Below, piece by piece: positions 20,679-30,015 of a stretch of 64,000 bases of DNA. The notes below the pieces were generated by a model that saw nothing but the letters and a program-made list of their open reading frames with translations, searched no databases and had not been told where the DNA came from. The stretch's first letter is position 1. Each line of letters opens with the position of its first letter. The translations under genes and the position numbers were made by a program. This DNA is from an uncultured virus (IMG/VR IMGVR_UViG_3300021598_001257) (Duplodnaviria; Heunggongvirae; Uroviricota; Caudoviricetes): the IMG/VR virus record IMGVR_UViG_3300021598_001257; one strand, 5' to 3'.

Positions 20679-20846
20679 TTAACCCCACTTAGATACAACT
20701 TCTTGTTGTTTCAAATATAATTTTATGTACGCTTTTGAGTATTGTCTTAGGGTTTCTAAATCTTGAATAGTATCAATATCCCTTGCCAACTTTTCATATT
20801 CAAACATCTTGTTAATATCGTCTAAAACTATTTTATTTGGATCCAT
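20679..20846 (-). CDS. 55-aa NblA-like protein (phycobilisome degradation adaptor candidate); not in the ORF track
   Basis: Manual translation MDPNKIVLDDINKMFEYEKLARDIDTIQDLETLRQYSKAYIKLYLKQQEVVSKWG; size and FExE..R.I....D.E.LR...K pattern resemble picocyanobacterial NblA. Confidence 0.55.
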   Translation of the reverse strand: MDPNKIVLDDINKMFEYEKLARDIDTIQDLETLRQYSKAYIKLYLKQQEVVSKWG

Positions 20847-21060
20847 CAATCAAACTCCTAAGTAAATTTTTGATATCATCTAAATCATTTTTTATATCTC
20901 CAACATCATTTTCTAATTTTTTTACTCTATTTGATTCATTTTCTTTTATCTTTTTTAATTTCATGTAGTTATTATATTCATTCATATCTAAATTTAAAAT
21001 AGCTTGGCTGTTTGGATCCCTTATTAAATTGTTATGATCCTTTACTTTTATGTAATCCAT
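20833..21060 (-). CDS. Small coiled-coil hypothetical protein
   Basis: 75 aa with L-RD--S-AILN motif and C-terminal heptads; follows the VrlC-like gene. Confidence 0.75.
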   Translation of the reverse strand: MDYIKVKDHNNLIRDPNSQAILNLDMNEYNNYMKLKKIKENESNRVKKLENDVGDIKNDLDDIKNLLRSLIDGSK

Positions 21061-21061
21061 A

Positions 21062-23569
21062 TCATGCTAAACAAATAACTCTTAAGTCTTTTAATCTTGG
21101 TGGATACGCCTGATTTGTTCCCGCACCAATTAATTTAATACTAAGATATTTAAATGCTGGAAGATTTGAAATAGTAAATTCATGATCTGTAAAAGACAGT
21201 TCATTACTTTTGAATGCTAAAGATTTACTTTTTTCTATCTTATTATCGGAAGTTCCATCACTTAATGCTCTATACAAATCTGGGTCATCTGCACTGGATT
21301 CATTCGAATAACCAGGGAAAGGATAGTAAATCAATTCTTGATTTGGATCATTTTTTATTGCATATAAGCATCTTAAATCACTATATTCATTAATATATGC
21401 AGCTACAATTACCTTTATAGAGGTTGCTGGAATTTCTAATTGTATTGGGTTTGTTGCATAAACAAAGGATGATGGGTCATCTTTTAAAGTGGAAACTCTA
21501 TCATCTGCGGCATAATTTTGGATGGGATTATTAATTCTGTTGGTAACAAAAATCATCGATGCCCTATCTAAGTCAACTACCGGCGAAATAAACCTATTAG
21601 TAGTTTCCAAAAACATGTTCACTGTTAATGATTTATTGCCAAAGAATTCATTATTGGATGATAAAAATTGCTGCTCATTTTCTTTTGAGCATATCAATCT
21701 TGGAGATTCAAAATAGTTAGTTTTATTTAAGTTTATTTCGTCAAATCCCTGATCATAAAAAGAAAATTCCAAACCATCTACACTTGTTCCAGATACAGTT
21801 CTTACTCTTGCAGAAATATCAGTTCCGTTGAGTGTTAATGTCTGAATAACTGGTTTTGCTGATTCAAATTGTATATTTTGAGTCGCTGTAATTTTATCTC
21901 CACCGGTTATTTTTGTTTCATTAATGTATAACTTTGGAAAGGATGTACCAACACTTCTATCTACTTGTCCTTGAGGTAATGGACTCGTATTTCCTCCCGA
22001 TGAAGTGTCAACTTTAATATGATAATAATCAAAGTCTATGGAATCTGTAATTGTAGAATCCTGTAGAGTATGTGTTTTATTGATTCTTCTTAAAGAAATT
22101 CCATTGAGTTCATACTTATAAACGGGAGCTCCTGCAGAATATGTGAAATTTCTAGTTTGATCTATTTGTCTTGTTATTCCTGTAAGAGTGTTTCCTGAAA
22201 TCCCCTGATATGCAATAATTTCTCTACCAATTCGTATATAACCCGGATTAGTGCTACTAATTCCTACGTTTTCAAATGTATCAAATTTTGCTACAGAATC
22301 AACAACAATATTTCCCGTTGATGATGCACTATAATTTTGAGTTAACTTAACTGGTTTGATATCCGGCAATACATCTCTTATTACGACATTATTTTCTTCG
22401 GCGTGCATTGCATGGTTCCTGTGGTTTACCTTTATATGCAATCCATCAGTTTCAGTATCAATTTCTCCATCTACAATCAAAACACCTCCGCCATTTATAT
22501 CTGTTCGGATACCTGAACTATTGATATACTGTAGAGTATTTCCAATTCCAGTTACAAAGTCTCCCTGAACATTATCTAAAATTAATTCATTTATTCCAAA
22601 AAGATTTTGTACAGACATTAGTAAATTAATACCAATATCATCATTACCTAACTGCGATATTGTGACAATATCTCCATCACTATAACCAGTTCCGCCACTG
22701 TTTATTGTTGCTGCTACTGCAACCCCATCAGTAATTGTTACATCAACTGTCCCATTCTTACCCTCACCGGTGATACTGGTTAATGCTATTCCCGTATATG
22801 TTAGACTACCCGATGATGGTGTGTATCCTATTCCGGGATTTACGATTGTTAAACTACCTGTAGCAATACCCGCAGAATCAACATAATTGCCAGAAGCATT
22901 ACTTCCCTGCTGTACTATTGTATTTCCTAATTTTAAAATATTGTCTTGAATTGTTGTACCTAAACCAACACGAATTCTCTTAGAATTAAATTCTAAGGGA
23001 TTGGGTACTAATTCTGCAATCTGATTATTCGCTACGGTTAAATCTGGATTATAAAAATTAAAATCACCAAAAGAAGATGTAAAGTTTGCTCTGTAAAGTG
23101 TAAACTTTAAATCTTCAAATCCACTTTCTGTCCAAGTTTCTCCATTTTGAGATTTAAATAATCCACCAGATAGTGGTTGCTTTGTTACCAATAATTGCTT
23201 TGATTCTAACCCAGCAAGTGTGGTAACATCTACTTCATTTAATCTAGAAACCCAAAGACTATATGTTGGTAAGTTTGCCATAACAACTATGGCATGAAAT
23301 TTTTTACCACTTAAGTATACTGGAGATGGAAAAACAACCCTCGTCGGTAAAGATGCATCATCCGATACTTGTATTTGTTTTGGATTTAATACAACCTCAC
23401 TGAATGGATATACTTTTGGGGTAGGAACTCCCAATTCCATTGGTCTCAGTTGAACTGCTACTGGCAAAGACTTATCTTTTGCTGAAAAATATAAATCTAC
23501 CGAAGTTATAAAAACTCCAGAGTCGTTATCAATATAAAAGGATTGAGCTAATGGATTTACAACTTTCAT
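21062..23569 (-). CDS. VrlC-like virion structural protein, C-terminal part
   Basis: Begins NPLAQSF...ITSVDLYF; LFKSQNG-TW...EDLKFTLYRANF; ends P-LKDLRVICLA. Confidence 0.8.
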   Translation of the reverse strand: MKVVNPLAQSFYIDNDSGVFITSVDLYFSAKDKSLPVAVQLRPMELGVPTPKVYPFSEVVLNPKQIQVSDDASLPTRVVFPSPVYLSGKKFHAIVVMANLPTYSLWVSRLNEVDVTTLAGLESKQLLVTKQPLSGGLFKSQNGETWTESGFEDLKFTLYRANFTSSFGDFNFYNPDLTVANNQIAELVPNPLEFNSKRIRVGLGTTIQDNILKLGNTIVQQGSNASGNYVDSAGIATGSLTIVNPGIGYTPSSGSLTYTGIALTSITGEGKNGTVDVTITDGVAVAATINSGGTGYSDGDIVTISQLGNDDIGINLLMSVQNLFGINELILDNVQGDFVTGIGNTLQYINSSGIRTDINGGGVLIVDGEIDTETDGLHIKVNHRNHAMHAEENNVVIRDVLPDIKPVKLTQNYSASSTGNIVVDSVAKFDTFENVGISSTNPGYIRIGREIIAYQGISGNTLTGITRQIDQTRNFTYSAGAPVYKYELNGISLRRINKTHTLQDSTITDSIDFDYYHIKVDTSSGGNTSPLPQGQVDRSVGTSFPKLYINETKITGGDKITATQNIQFESAKPVIQTLTLNGTDISARVRTVSGTSVDGLEFSFYDQGFDEINLNKTNYFESPRLICSKENEQQFLSSNNEFFGNKSLTVNMFLETTNRFISPVVDLDRASMIFVTNRINNPIQNYAADDRVSTLKDDPSSFVYATNPIQLEIPATSIKVIVAAYINEYSDLRCLYAIKNDPNQELIYYPFPGYSNESSADDPDLYRALSDGTSDNKIEKSKSLAFKSNELSFTDHEFTISNLPAFKYLSIKLIGAGTNQAYPPRLKDLRVICLA

Positions 23570-23586
23570 TTTATTGAGACTTTTTA

Positions 23587-23841
23587 CTATTTATTTTCCT
23601 TTAATAGATCTATTTCTAATTTTAACTCTTTAACAGCTTCTATTAAAACCGGGATTAACTGTATATAGTCCACGGAAAAATATCCAGAGTCATCCACCAT
23701 TACCATCTCAGGAAATTCTCTTTGAATTTCCTGAGCTATTACTCCATAGTCAAATCCACTTTTTCCACTCAAATCTTTCATTTTATCGTTCCACTCATAA
23801 TATTTTCCATTTATATTTGATAATCTATCAAGATATTTCAT
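23587..23841 (-). CDS. Stand-alone C-terminal part of a peptidase S74 intramolecular chaperone domain
   Basis: Y-W...GVIAQE...PE-V...VDY--LIPVLIEAVKEL motif followed by a coiled coil. Confidence 0.8.
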   Translation of the reverse strand: MKYLDRLSNINGKYYEWNDKMKDLSGKSGFDYGVIAQEIQREFPEMVMVDDSGYFSVDYIQLIPVLIEAVKELKLEIDLLKENK

Positions 23842-23844
23842 TTT

Positions 23845-25260
23845 TTAAAAGTTTATATTCATTAATCTTTGTAATGCATTATTTATAGAAATAATATTCT
23901 TCTTAAGGCGTATATCGCTCATTTTTCCGCCGCCGCCACCGCCACCACCGCCGCCACCACCGCCGCCGCCCATTTGGCCTGCAGTTCCTCCACCAACTCT
24001 ACTTCCTTCAACTGCCACTTTTGCCAAATTATTTCCTGGATTTGTTACTGTTTTTTGTCCATGCTTAATATTGCCAGTTCCAACTTGTATATTTGCCGCC
24101 GATGCAAAATCACTGTTGTTTATCTTGTTAACAATTCTATTTTGAGCCTTTGCGCTCATATCTTTATCAATATTTTTAATTTCCTTCTTAGAAAGTCCTG
24201 CATCCTTAGCTAATTCTTTCAATCTACCAGCACCACCATCATAAAGTTGCTTTGTGCCATAGTTGTAGTAAATTGTTGTTGGTGCTGGTTTGGGTGTTGG
24301 TGTTGGTGTTGGTGTTGGTGTTGGTGTTGGTGTTGGTGTTGGTCCTGGTGTTGGTCCTGGTGTTGGTCCTGGTGTTGGTCCTGGTCCCGGTGTTGGAACT
24401 GGTGTTGGGTAATCTATTGGGAAATCAATAAATACATCTTCGTTTCCAGGTCCACCTATGACATTGATTACTTGAGTAATATTGGTTTCTACTCGAACTG
24501 GTCTAGTGACTATGACATTTTCTTGTACGGTATTTATTTTACCTTCGGCATGATAATTTTCTTCTGCTGCCGTTGTAAAAGTTCCAACAACTAGAGAATT
24601 GACTCTACTACTTGTAAGTCTGAAAGCTCTAACACCCGCTTCAAATGTGGGATTTGCATCTACATTTGGGTTTGGAATAAAAAATGATCCAATAACAACC
24701 CCATCATCATTTGTCACTAGTCTTAAATCGGTGACTGTTGCCTCCGCTTTGGTTGTTGACCCCCTAAGTTTCATTCCAACAGCAATATAACCTAAAAAAT
24801 CCGACGCCTTATCGGATAAACTATATGTGTCAACATTCAAAATGGTTGAAGTTGCTGAATAGTTAACAGGAATTGTTTGATTTTGATTGTATGGATTAAT
24901 ATCAAAAATATCTTCTGGATTTGTATAATCGCCATACTTATGATTTTGTACAGCAACTCTAAATCTGCAACTTGGTAATTGTGGATTATCAAAAGAACCA
25001 ACAACAGTTTCTCCGACCTGGAAAACTCCAGATGTCATTCTAATCTCAATTAGTTTTGGAACAACAAATTTGCTAACATCAACTCCACCAAAAAAAGGAT
25101 AAACTCTAGTAAGAGGTTTCATCCTTTTTGCAGTAAATTCAATGTTTCTAGACCTCATATAAGGTAATACTTTAGATGCTAGAACTCTATCGCCAAAAGA
25201 TACCGTTTTTGACTGCGGTTCTTTTGGTGCGGTCATTGATGGTGGAGCTAAAGTAGTCAT
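23845..25260 (-). CDS. VrlC-like virion structural protein, middle part; ends with the S74 autocleavage motif
   Basis: GDRV...[19 protein letters not shown] motif; Pro-Thr linker; Gly15; SDIRLKKNI. Confidence 0.8.
   Translation of the reverse strand: MTTLAPPSMTAPKEPQSKTVSFGDRVLASKVLPYMRSRNIEFTAKRMKPLTRVYPFFGGVDVSKFVVPKLIEIRMTSGVFQVGETVVGSFDNPQLPSCRFRVAVQNHKYGDYTNPEDIFDINPYNQNQTIPVNYSATSTILNVDTYSLSDKASDFLGYIAVGMKLRGSTTKAEATVTDLRLVTNDDGVVIGSFFIPNPNVDANPTFEAGVRAFRLTSSRVNSLVVGTFTTAAEENYHAEGKINTVQENVIVTRPVRVETNITQVINVIGGPGNEDVFIDFPIDYPTPVPTPGPGPTPGPTPGPTPGPTPTPTPTPTPTPTPTPKPAPTTIYYNYGTKQLYDGGAGRLKELAKDAGLSKKEIKNIDKDMSAKAQNRIVNKINNSDFASAANIQVGTGNIKHGQKTVTNPGNNLAKVAVEGSRVGGGTAGQMGGGGGGGGGGGGGGGKMSDIRLKKNIISINNALQRLMNINF
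23926..23970 (-). repeat. GGN trinucleotide run encoding Gly15
   Basis: (ccg/cca)n run on the + strand. Confidence 0.9.
24281..24408 (-). repeat. Hexamer/dodecamer tandem repeat encoding a Pro-Thr/Pro-Gly linker
   Basis: (ggtgtt)n and (ggtcctggtgtt)n on the + strand. Confidence 0.9.
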
Positions 25261-25341
25261 TTTTTTCCTTATTTTATATTGTTGATATTTTTATTGAATT
25301 GTCCTATCTAAGTTATTATTTAGGACAAAACTGCATCAATG

Positions 25342-28300
25342 TTAAGAACGTTTTCCCATCCTTAAATTAGTTCCTGGTATTTTTGGAGCCCTATTTTGAC
25401 CCATACCTGCCCCCATAATAGAGCCTGTATTATTTGTGGGTTTACTTAAGATATTTGGATCTTTAATTCTTGGTTTACCCTTGTCATCTCGTTTTACCTG
25501 ACCTGTCCTAATATCTAAGAGTTTATCAACAGTTCCCATTTTACCTTTAAGGACCTGCTTAACATATTTGTTATTGTCTTTTATTAGTTGACCTTCTTTT
25601 TTAGTTCTATCTTCTGGTCTGGTTGCTGGCAATGTTTTCATCGGTGGCATTACAAAAGAACTATTTGCCCCATCTTTTGGTATTCTTGGAGCAACGGAGT
25701 GTGAACCCATGCCCATTCCACCACCGCCCATTCCACCACCGCCGCCACCGCCCATTCCACCACCGCCGCCACCGCCACCCATGTTGGCGTTGATACCACC
25801 TTTAAGTTTTGAAGGAAGAGCGCAAGCTGAAACACCTGGACTTGATACTTTAGGTTTATTAACTTTTGGAACAGTTTTTGGTGGAGCAGAACTAGCGGCA
25901 GTTTGAGCTGCATTAGGTGTTGAAGTGGTTGTTGCAGTGGGTTTAGTTTCTGCTTTTGGTGCATTTGTTGTAGGTGGAGACCAAGTTTCATGAGAATTCC
26001 ATGTCACTGGCGCTAAACCTGTCTGTTGATCATTTTGAGTAGTTCTTGTTTGTAAACTTGTCTCAGTAAATGCATCTCCAATTTCTACAGTGTTTGGTTT
26101 TACTCTTACCTGATCGACCCAAACATCAGATGATGGATATAGTTCTATAGTTCCTGTATAGAACTCTTCTGCAAATGGATTGACATTAACAGATCTAGTT
26201 GCATATGGTTGATTAATTAATCTTACTTCATTGTAGTCTAAAGTAATAAGTTGGCCAGTTCTTCTTACTCCACTTCCTATCAATGATCTATCAACTCTAG
26301 AATCTGCGTTTGGTCTTAATGGTCCAGAATTTCTTGATAGACTTATTTTAGAGGTTGTTCCTAATTGTAAATCTAATGATGTTGTATAGTGGGTTGGTCT
26401 TAGTTCTAAATTTTGGGTATCAATACTATTTTTAACAGTAGTTGATTTATTTTGTGCAATTGTTGTAGAAAAATTATCGACAAAAAATCCAGATTTAAAA
26501 CGATTCAGTCCATTTTCATCAGTTACAGTGAAATTAGAAGTATCAATTTCTAAAGCAGAGAGAGAAGTGTAGTATTCTAAGTTTTCTATCCTATCTTCAA
26601 GTCTGCCAATATCTGCCATAGTATATCTTCTGTGCTCTTTAATTTCAATCTCAGCATCATCAATATTGCAAAGATATGGGGGGAGATATACAGTTGCTAG
26701 TTCTATAGCATCATCATTTGTGAGTGGAACCTGTGGTATTTCTGCAGAAATACCGTACTTAATGTAAAATAAACCAGTTTTATCCAACAAAATTTTATCT
26801 ATTCTAGGTAAATAGAAGGAATATGTTAAGATAATAGACTCATCTGAAGCTAAAATATTAGGTGCAGAATTTCCTGCTGAAGTAAAGTTTCTACCAAAAA
26901 ATTCAAAAGGAGATCTTGAACCGGCAGTAACTTCTATTGAAGAAACTCTAGGTCTAATATCAATAATATCTGTAGAACGAACATCGTCATCAACGGCATC
27001 TACTTCACAATAATCGAATTGTTCATATGAATTTACTGTAGTTATATCCCCGGTATCTGACGGTAAGAAACTTGCCGATTCGTAAACTATTTTTAATTTT
27101 CTCGATAAAGTTTTTGCTTTACTTTGTTTTATTATTTTCGAATAGTCATAAATTGTTGATTTTTGATTTGTATCTAATAGGAACAAAGATGTTACGTCCC
27201 TATCTCCAACGTCAACCAAAGAAATGTTTGCAGTTATACCACTTTCTTTGAATACTATTTCCTCCCCCTCGATAAATTTATTTGAATTTACATATACAAA
27301 CCCTATCTTTAGGTCGTTAATTTTTTCAGAGTATAATCCTATTGCTTTACTAGTTCTTCCAACAAATTCTTCGCCAATCAATAAGTCGCCAACTCTATTT
27401 GTTGGGCCACTTAGAGATGTGAGAACTAGAGATGGTAGGTCTGGATCATTTATATCATTAGATTCAAAAATTCCATAAACTCTTGTTACTTCTGGTTCCA
27501 ATAAGCAAATTTCTTCATCTTGAACTCTGGTGCCATATGGATAATTTCCATATACTAAACCATCATTAAGAGTGGTTCCACCAATTCCTGAGGAGGGTAA
27601 AGATGATTTATTTACTATTAATACATTTGCCCTATTCTTTGTTTTTATTTTAGATTTTATATTTATTTTTCTTAATGTGGTTATTAATTTTGCTCTACCA
27701 CTTCCAGACAATCCTTTTATCTGTAATGATAACGAACCATTTGAAAATACTAAATTATTTGAACTTAATGGTTGAGTGTTACCGTCTTCAGTTATTAAAG
27801 TATATCTTTCTTCATCATAGGGTAAAAACGTCTCATTTGCACCCGCACTTATAATTTCGGTTGAACCCAATACAATTGTTACATCATATTGTTTTTTTAT
27901 TGTTAAATTTGTTTCATTTAAATCTACACTTTCTAAGTTTCTCTTGGGCAATACTGTGTATAAAGTATTATCTGAAGAAGTTGGTACAGGAGTTGATAGA
28001 ATCCTAAAGTCAGTTGGATTTATTGATGATGTGGGCAAAGCTCCATCACATATTCCATGGACGGTTGTTACTCCGCTGATAGTTAAAGTTTTTCCAGAAA
28101 CTGACTCAACAGATGCGAAAGTAACCGTAGAAACTCCTGGATTGGTAAATGCAACTAAATTCCCGGTAGTTACAACTCCGGTAAAGAAATTCTCAACAGA
28201 AGTAACAACCGAAATATTTCCACTTCTAGCACCAATTGTTACCTGACCTATTGGAACAGAAACTGACTGTATAGTGTCTGCAGAAAAAGTGAAGGCGGTT

Positions 28301-30009
28301 CCTACAATTCCATATAAAGATTCAACGTCACTCATTGAGTATTGACGTGTTTTTTTAACAATTCTGTTATTATCTACACCATCAAAAATTAATTTTTCAC
28401 CTAAAGAAAATGCCCCCTGTACATCATAAACAGTTAAAGCAACTCCTGCAGAAACTGGATATCTCAAGAATCCAGAAGCACCACTTTGTCTACCCTTAAT
28501 GTGAGTTGGGGTATTTAGTGTTATTGGTGTGTTAAGGGTTAAATTTGTATATGTTTGTATGTCATATAAAGAAATATCCCATACATTTTCTTGTGGAGAT
28601 GAAGTTGTATAGGAACCAGATTCTAAAGCAAAGTCATATACTCTTGCAACTCCAATTTCATTTCCTGCAGGGACTAGGGAAGAAGTTCCTACTCTAGAAT
28701 CTCTAAGAGTTACATAATAACTAGTGCCAAATCCAATTATTGGCGAACCATAAACTCTATTCAGAGAAAGAGAATACCCAGTAGTGTAATTTACACTTTG
28801 GTCTGCTAGTGTTTTTGTTGTTCTTGGCTTTTGAAAATCAAAAAATCCTGGACTAATAGATTCAATTTCAAACCCCTTTACATATGCTTTAGTTGGAGAA
28901 ATGCTATAAGTTCCTAAATCTTCGCTTGGTTGATTGTTATCATAAGTTAACTGCTCTTCTGTAAAAATACCATTATTTCCCTTTAGATTATTTAAAGTTT
29001 CTCTAGCAGTAATAACGGGAGAATTGACGTAATAATCTCCAGATTCATCGTAAGTTCTTCTTGCCAGTTCTTGGGCAAATACATTATATTCTGGTTTTTT
29101 ATTAAACTTTCTTAATACACCATCTTCTATTTCCATCAAAACGACAAAATTATCTAAATCAGTAGCGTCTAATGGAATTTGGTCTAGTTTTGCAAAAATA
29201 GATAATCTATCTGCTCCAGGTGCGGCAAAATTATTAAATCCCTGAGAATTATCGTTTAGAGTTTCGTCATCAAAAGAATCTACTATTCTTTCAAATATTC
29301 TAAGACCAACTTTTGCACTTGGTGTTGCTGAATATGGCGAAAGATATAAAACACTTGTAGGAACTGTTACAAAAAATCCTCTTATAAAATATACTCCCTC
29401 TTCCAAATATACTGCAGAACCTTTAAAAGTGCTTTTTCCTGTTATTGTTGTTGCAAAAGACTGACCTCGCAACAAACTCAATTCTTTAATATCATCATCA
29501 TTATCTTCTCCAGCTGACTCTAGAGATTGTTTGTCTACAACAATAGTATCGTCATCATTTACTAGTAAAGTTTCTCCGTTTAAAAATGTTAACTGCTCAT
29601 TGCCTGTACCAGAAGCCAAATATTTTACATATAATGTAGTATTCTCTACGCCGCTACCCTGAGGTAAGAATGCTTGAATAGTTGCAGTTACTCCACTGGT
29701 TTGTCCTTTTATCTCCGAACCAATTAGAGTATCTAAGTAATATGATGATGGTTTGCCTTGAAATTGATTTTCTAAGATTACGGCATTTAAATCATTTTTA
29801 TATGTTAAGTTGCCTGGGATTACTACAGAACCCTCTTTAAAAAAATGATTTCCAAACTGCTCAATTTGATTTTGCAGCATAGACTGCAAAGTAGTTAATT
29901 CCCTAGCTTGTACCGGAAATCCTGGTTTAAACAGTACTCTGAAAAAGTTTTTATCTCGGTCATAGTCATCATAATATGGGGATATATTGAGATTAAGTTC
30001 TTGTGCCAT
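25342..30009 (-). CDS. VrlC-like virion structural protein, N-terminal part (1555 aa)
   Basis: PYYDDY...LFKPG-PVQARELT-LQS-LQNQ, APGADRL, LARRTYDESGDY and RFKSGFFVDNF motifs; low-complexity Gly/Met tail. Confidence 0.85.
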   Translation of the reverse strand: MAQELNLNISPYYDDYDRDKNFFRVLFKPGFPVQARELTTLQSMLQNQIEQFGNHFFKEGSVVIPGNLTYKNDLNAVILENQFQGKPSSYYLDTLIGSEIKGQTSGVTATIQAFLPQGSGVENTTLYVKYLASGTGNEQLTFLNGETLLVNDDDTIVVDKQSLESAGEDNDDDIKELSLLRGQSFATTITGKSTFKGSAVYLEEGVYFIRGFFVTVPTSVLYLSPYSATPSAKVGLRIFERIVDSFDDETLNDNSQGFNNFAAPGADRLSIFAKLDQIPLDATDLDNFVVLMEIEDGVLRKFNKKPEYNVFAQELARRTYDESGDYYVNSPVITARETLNNLKGNNGIFTEEQLTYDNNQPSEDLGTYSISPTKAYVKGFEIESISPGFFDFQKPRTTKTLADQSVNYTTGYSLSLNRVYGSPIIGFGTSYYVTLRDSRVGTSSLVPAGNEIGVARVYDFALESGSYTTSSPQENVWDISLYDIQTYTNLTLNTPITLNTPTHIKGRQSGASGFLRYPVSAGVALTVYDVQGAFSLGEKLIFDGVDNNRIVKKTRQYSMSDVESLYGIVGTAFTFSADTIQSVSVPIGQVTIGARSGNISVVTSVENFFTGVVTTGNLVAFTNPGVSTVTFASVESVSGKTLTISGVTTVHGICDGALPTSSINPTDFRILSTPVPTSSDNTLYTVLPKRNLESVDLNETNLTIKKQYDVTIVLGSTEIISAGANETFLPYDEERYTLITEDGNTQPLSSNNLVFSNGSLSLQIKGLSGSGRAKLITTLRKINIKSKIKTKNRANVLIVNKSSLPSSGIGGTTLNDGLVYGNYPYGTRVQDEEICLLEPEVTRVYGIFESNDINDPDLPSLVLTSLSGPTNRVGDLLIGEEFVGRTSKAIGLYSEKINDLKIGFVYVNSNKFIEGEEIVFKESGITANISLVDVGDRDVTSLFLLDTNQKSTIYDYSKIIKQSKAKTLSRKLKIVYESASFLPSDTGDITTVNSYEQFDYCEVDAVDDDVRSTDIIDIRPRVSSIEVTAGSRSPFEFFGRNFTSAGNSAPNILASDESIILTYSFYLPRIDKILLDKTGLFYIKYGISAEIPQVPLTNDDAIELATVYLPPYLCNIDDAEIEIKEHRRYTMADIGRLEDRIENLEYYTSLSALEIDTSNFTVTDENGLNRFKSGFFVDNFSTTIAQNKSTTVKNSIDTQNLELRPTHYTTSLDLQLGTTSKISLSRNSGPLRPNADSRVDRSLIGSGVRRTGQLITLDYNEVRLINQPYATRSVNVNPFAEEFYTGTIELYPSSDVWVDQVRVKPNTVEIGDAFTETSLQTRTTQNDQQTGLAPVTWNSHETWSPPTTNAPKAETKPTATTTSTPNAAQTAASSAPPKTVPKVNKPKVSSPGVSACALPSKLKGGINANMGGGGGGGGMGGGGGGGMGGGGMGMGSHSVAPRIPKDGANSSFVMPPMKTLPATRPEDRTKKEGQLIKDNNKYVKQVLKGKMGTVDKLLDIRTGQVKRDDKGKPRIKDPNILSKPTNNTGSIMGAGMGQNRAPKIPGTNLRMGKRS
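25706..25782 (-). repeat. Low-complexity repeat encoding (MGn) units
   Basis: Repeated cccattccaccaccgcc units. Confidence 0.85.
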
Positions 30010-30015
30010 AATTCT

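Noticed and set aside
24247..24594. + strand ORF with (CW)n repeats; likewise the poly-Pro ORF at 25709-25906
   Set aside because: Antisense translation of the Pro-Thr and Gly repeats in the minus-strand genes.
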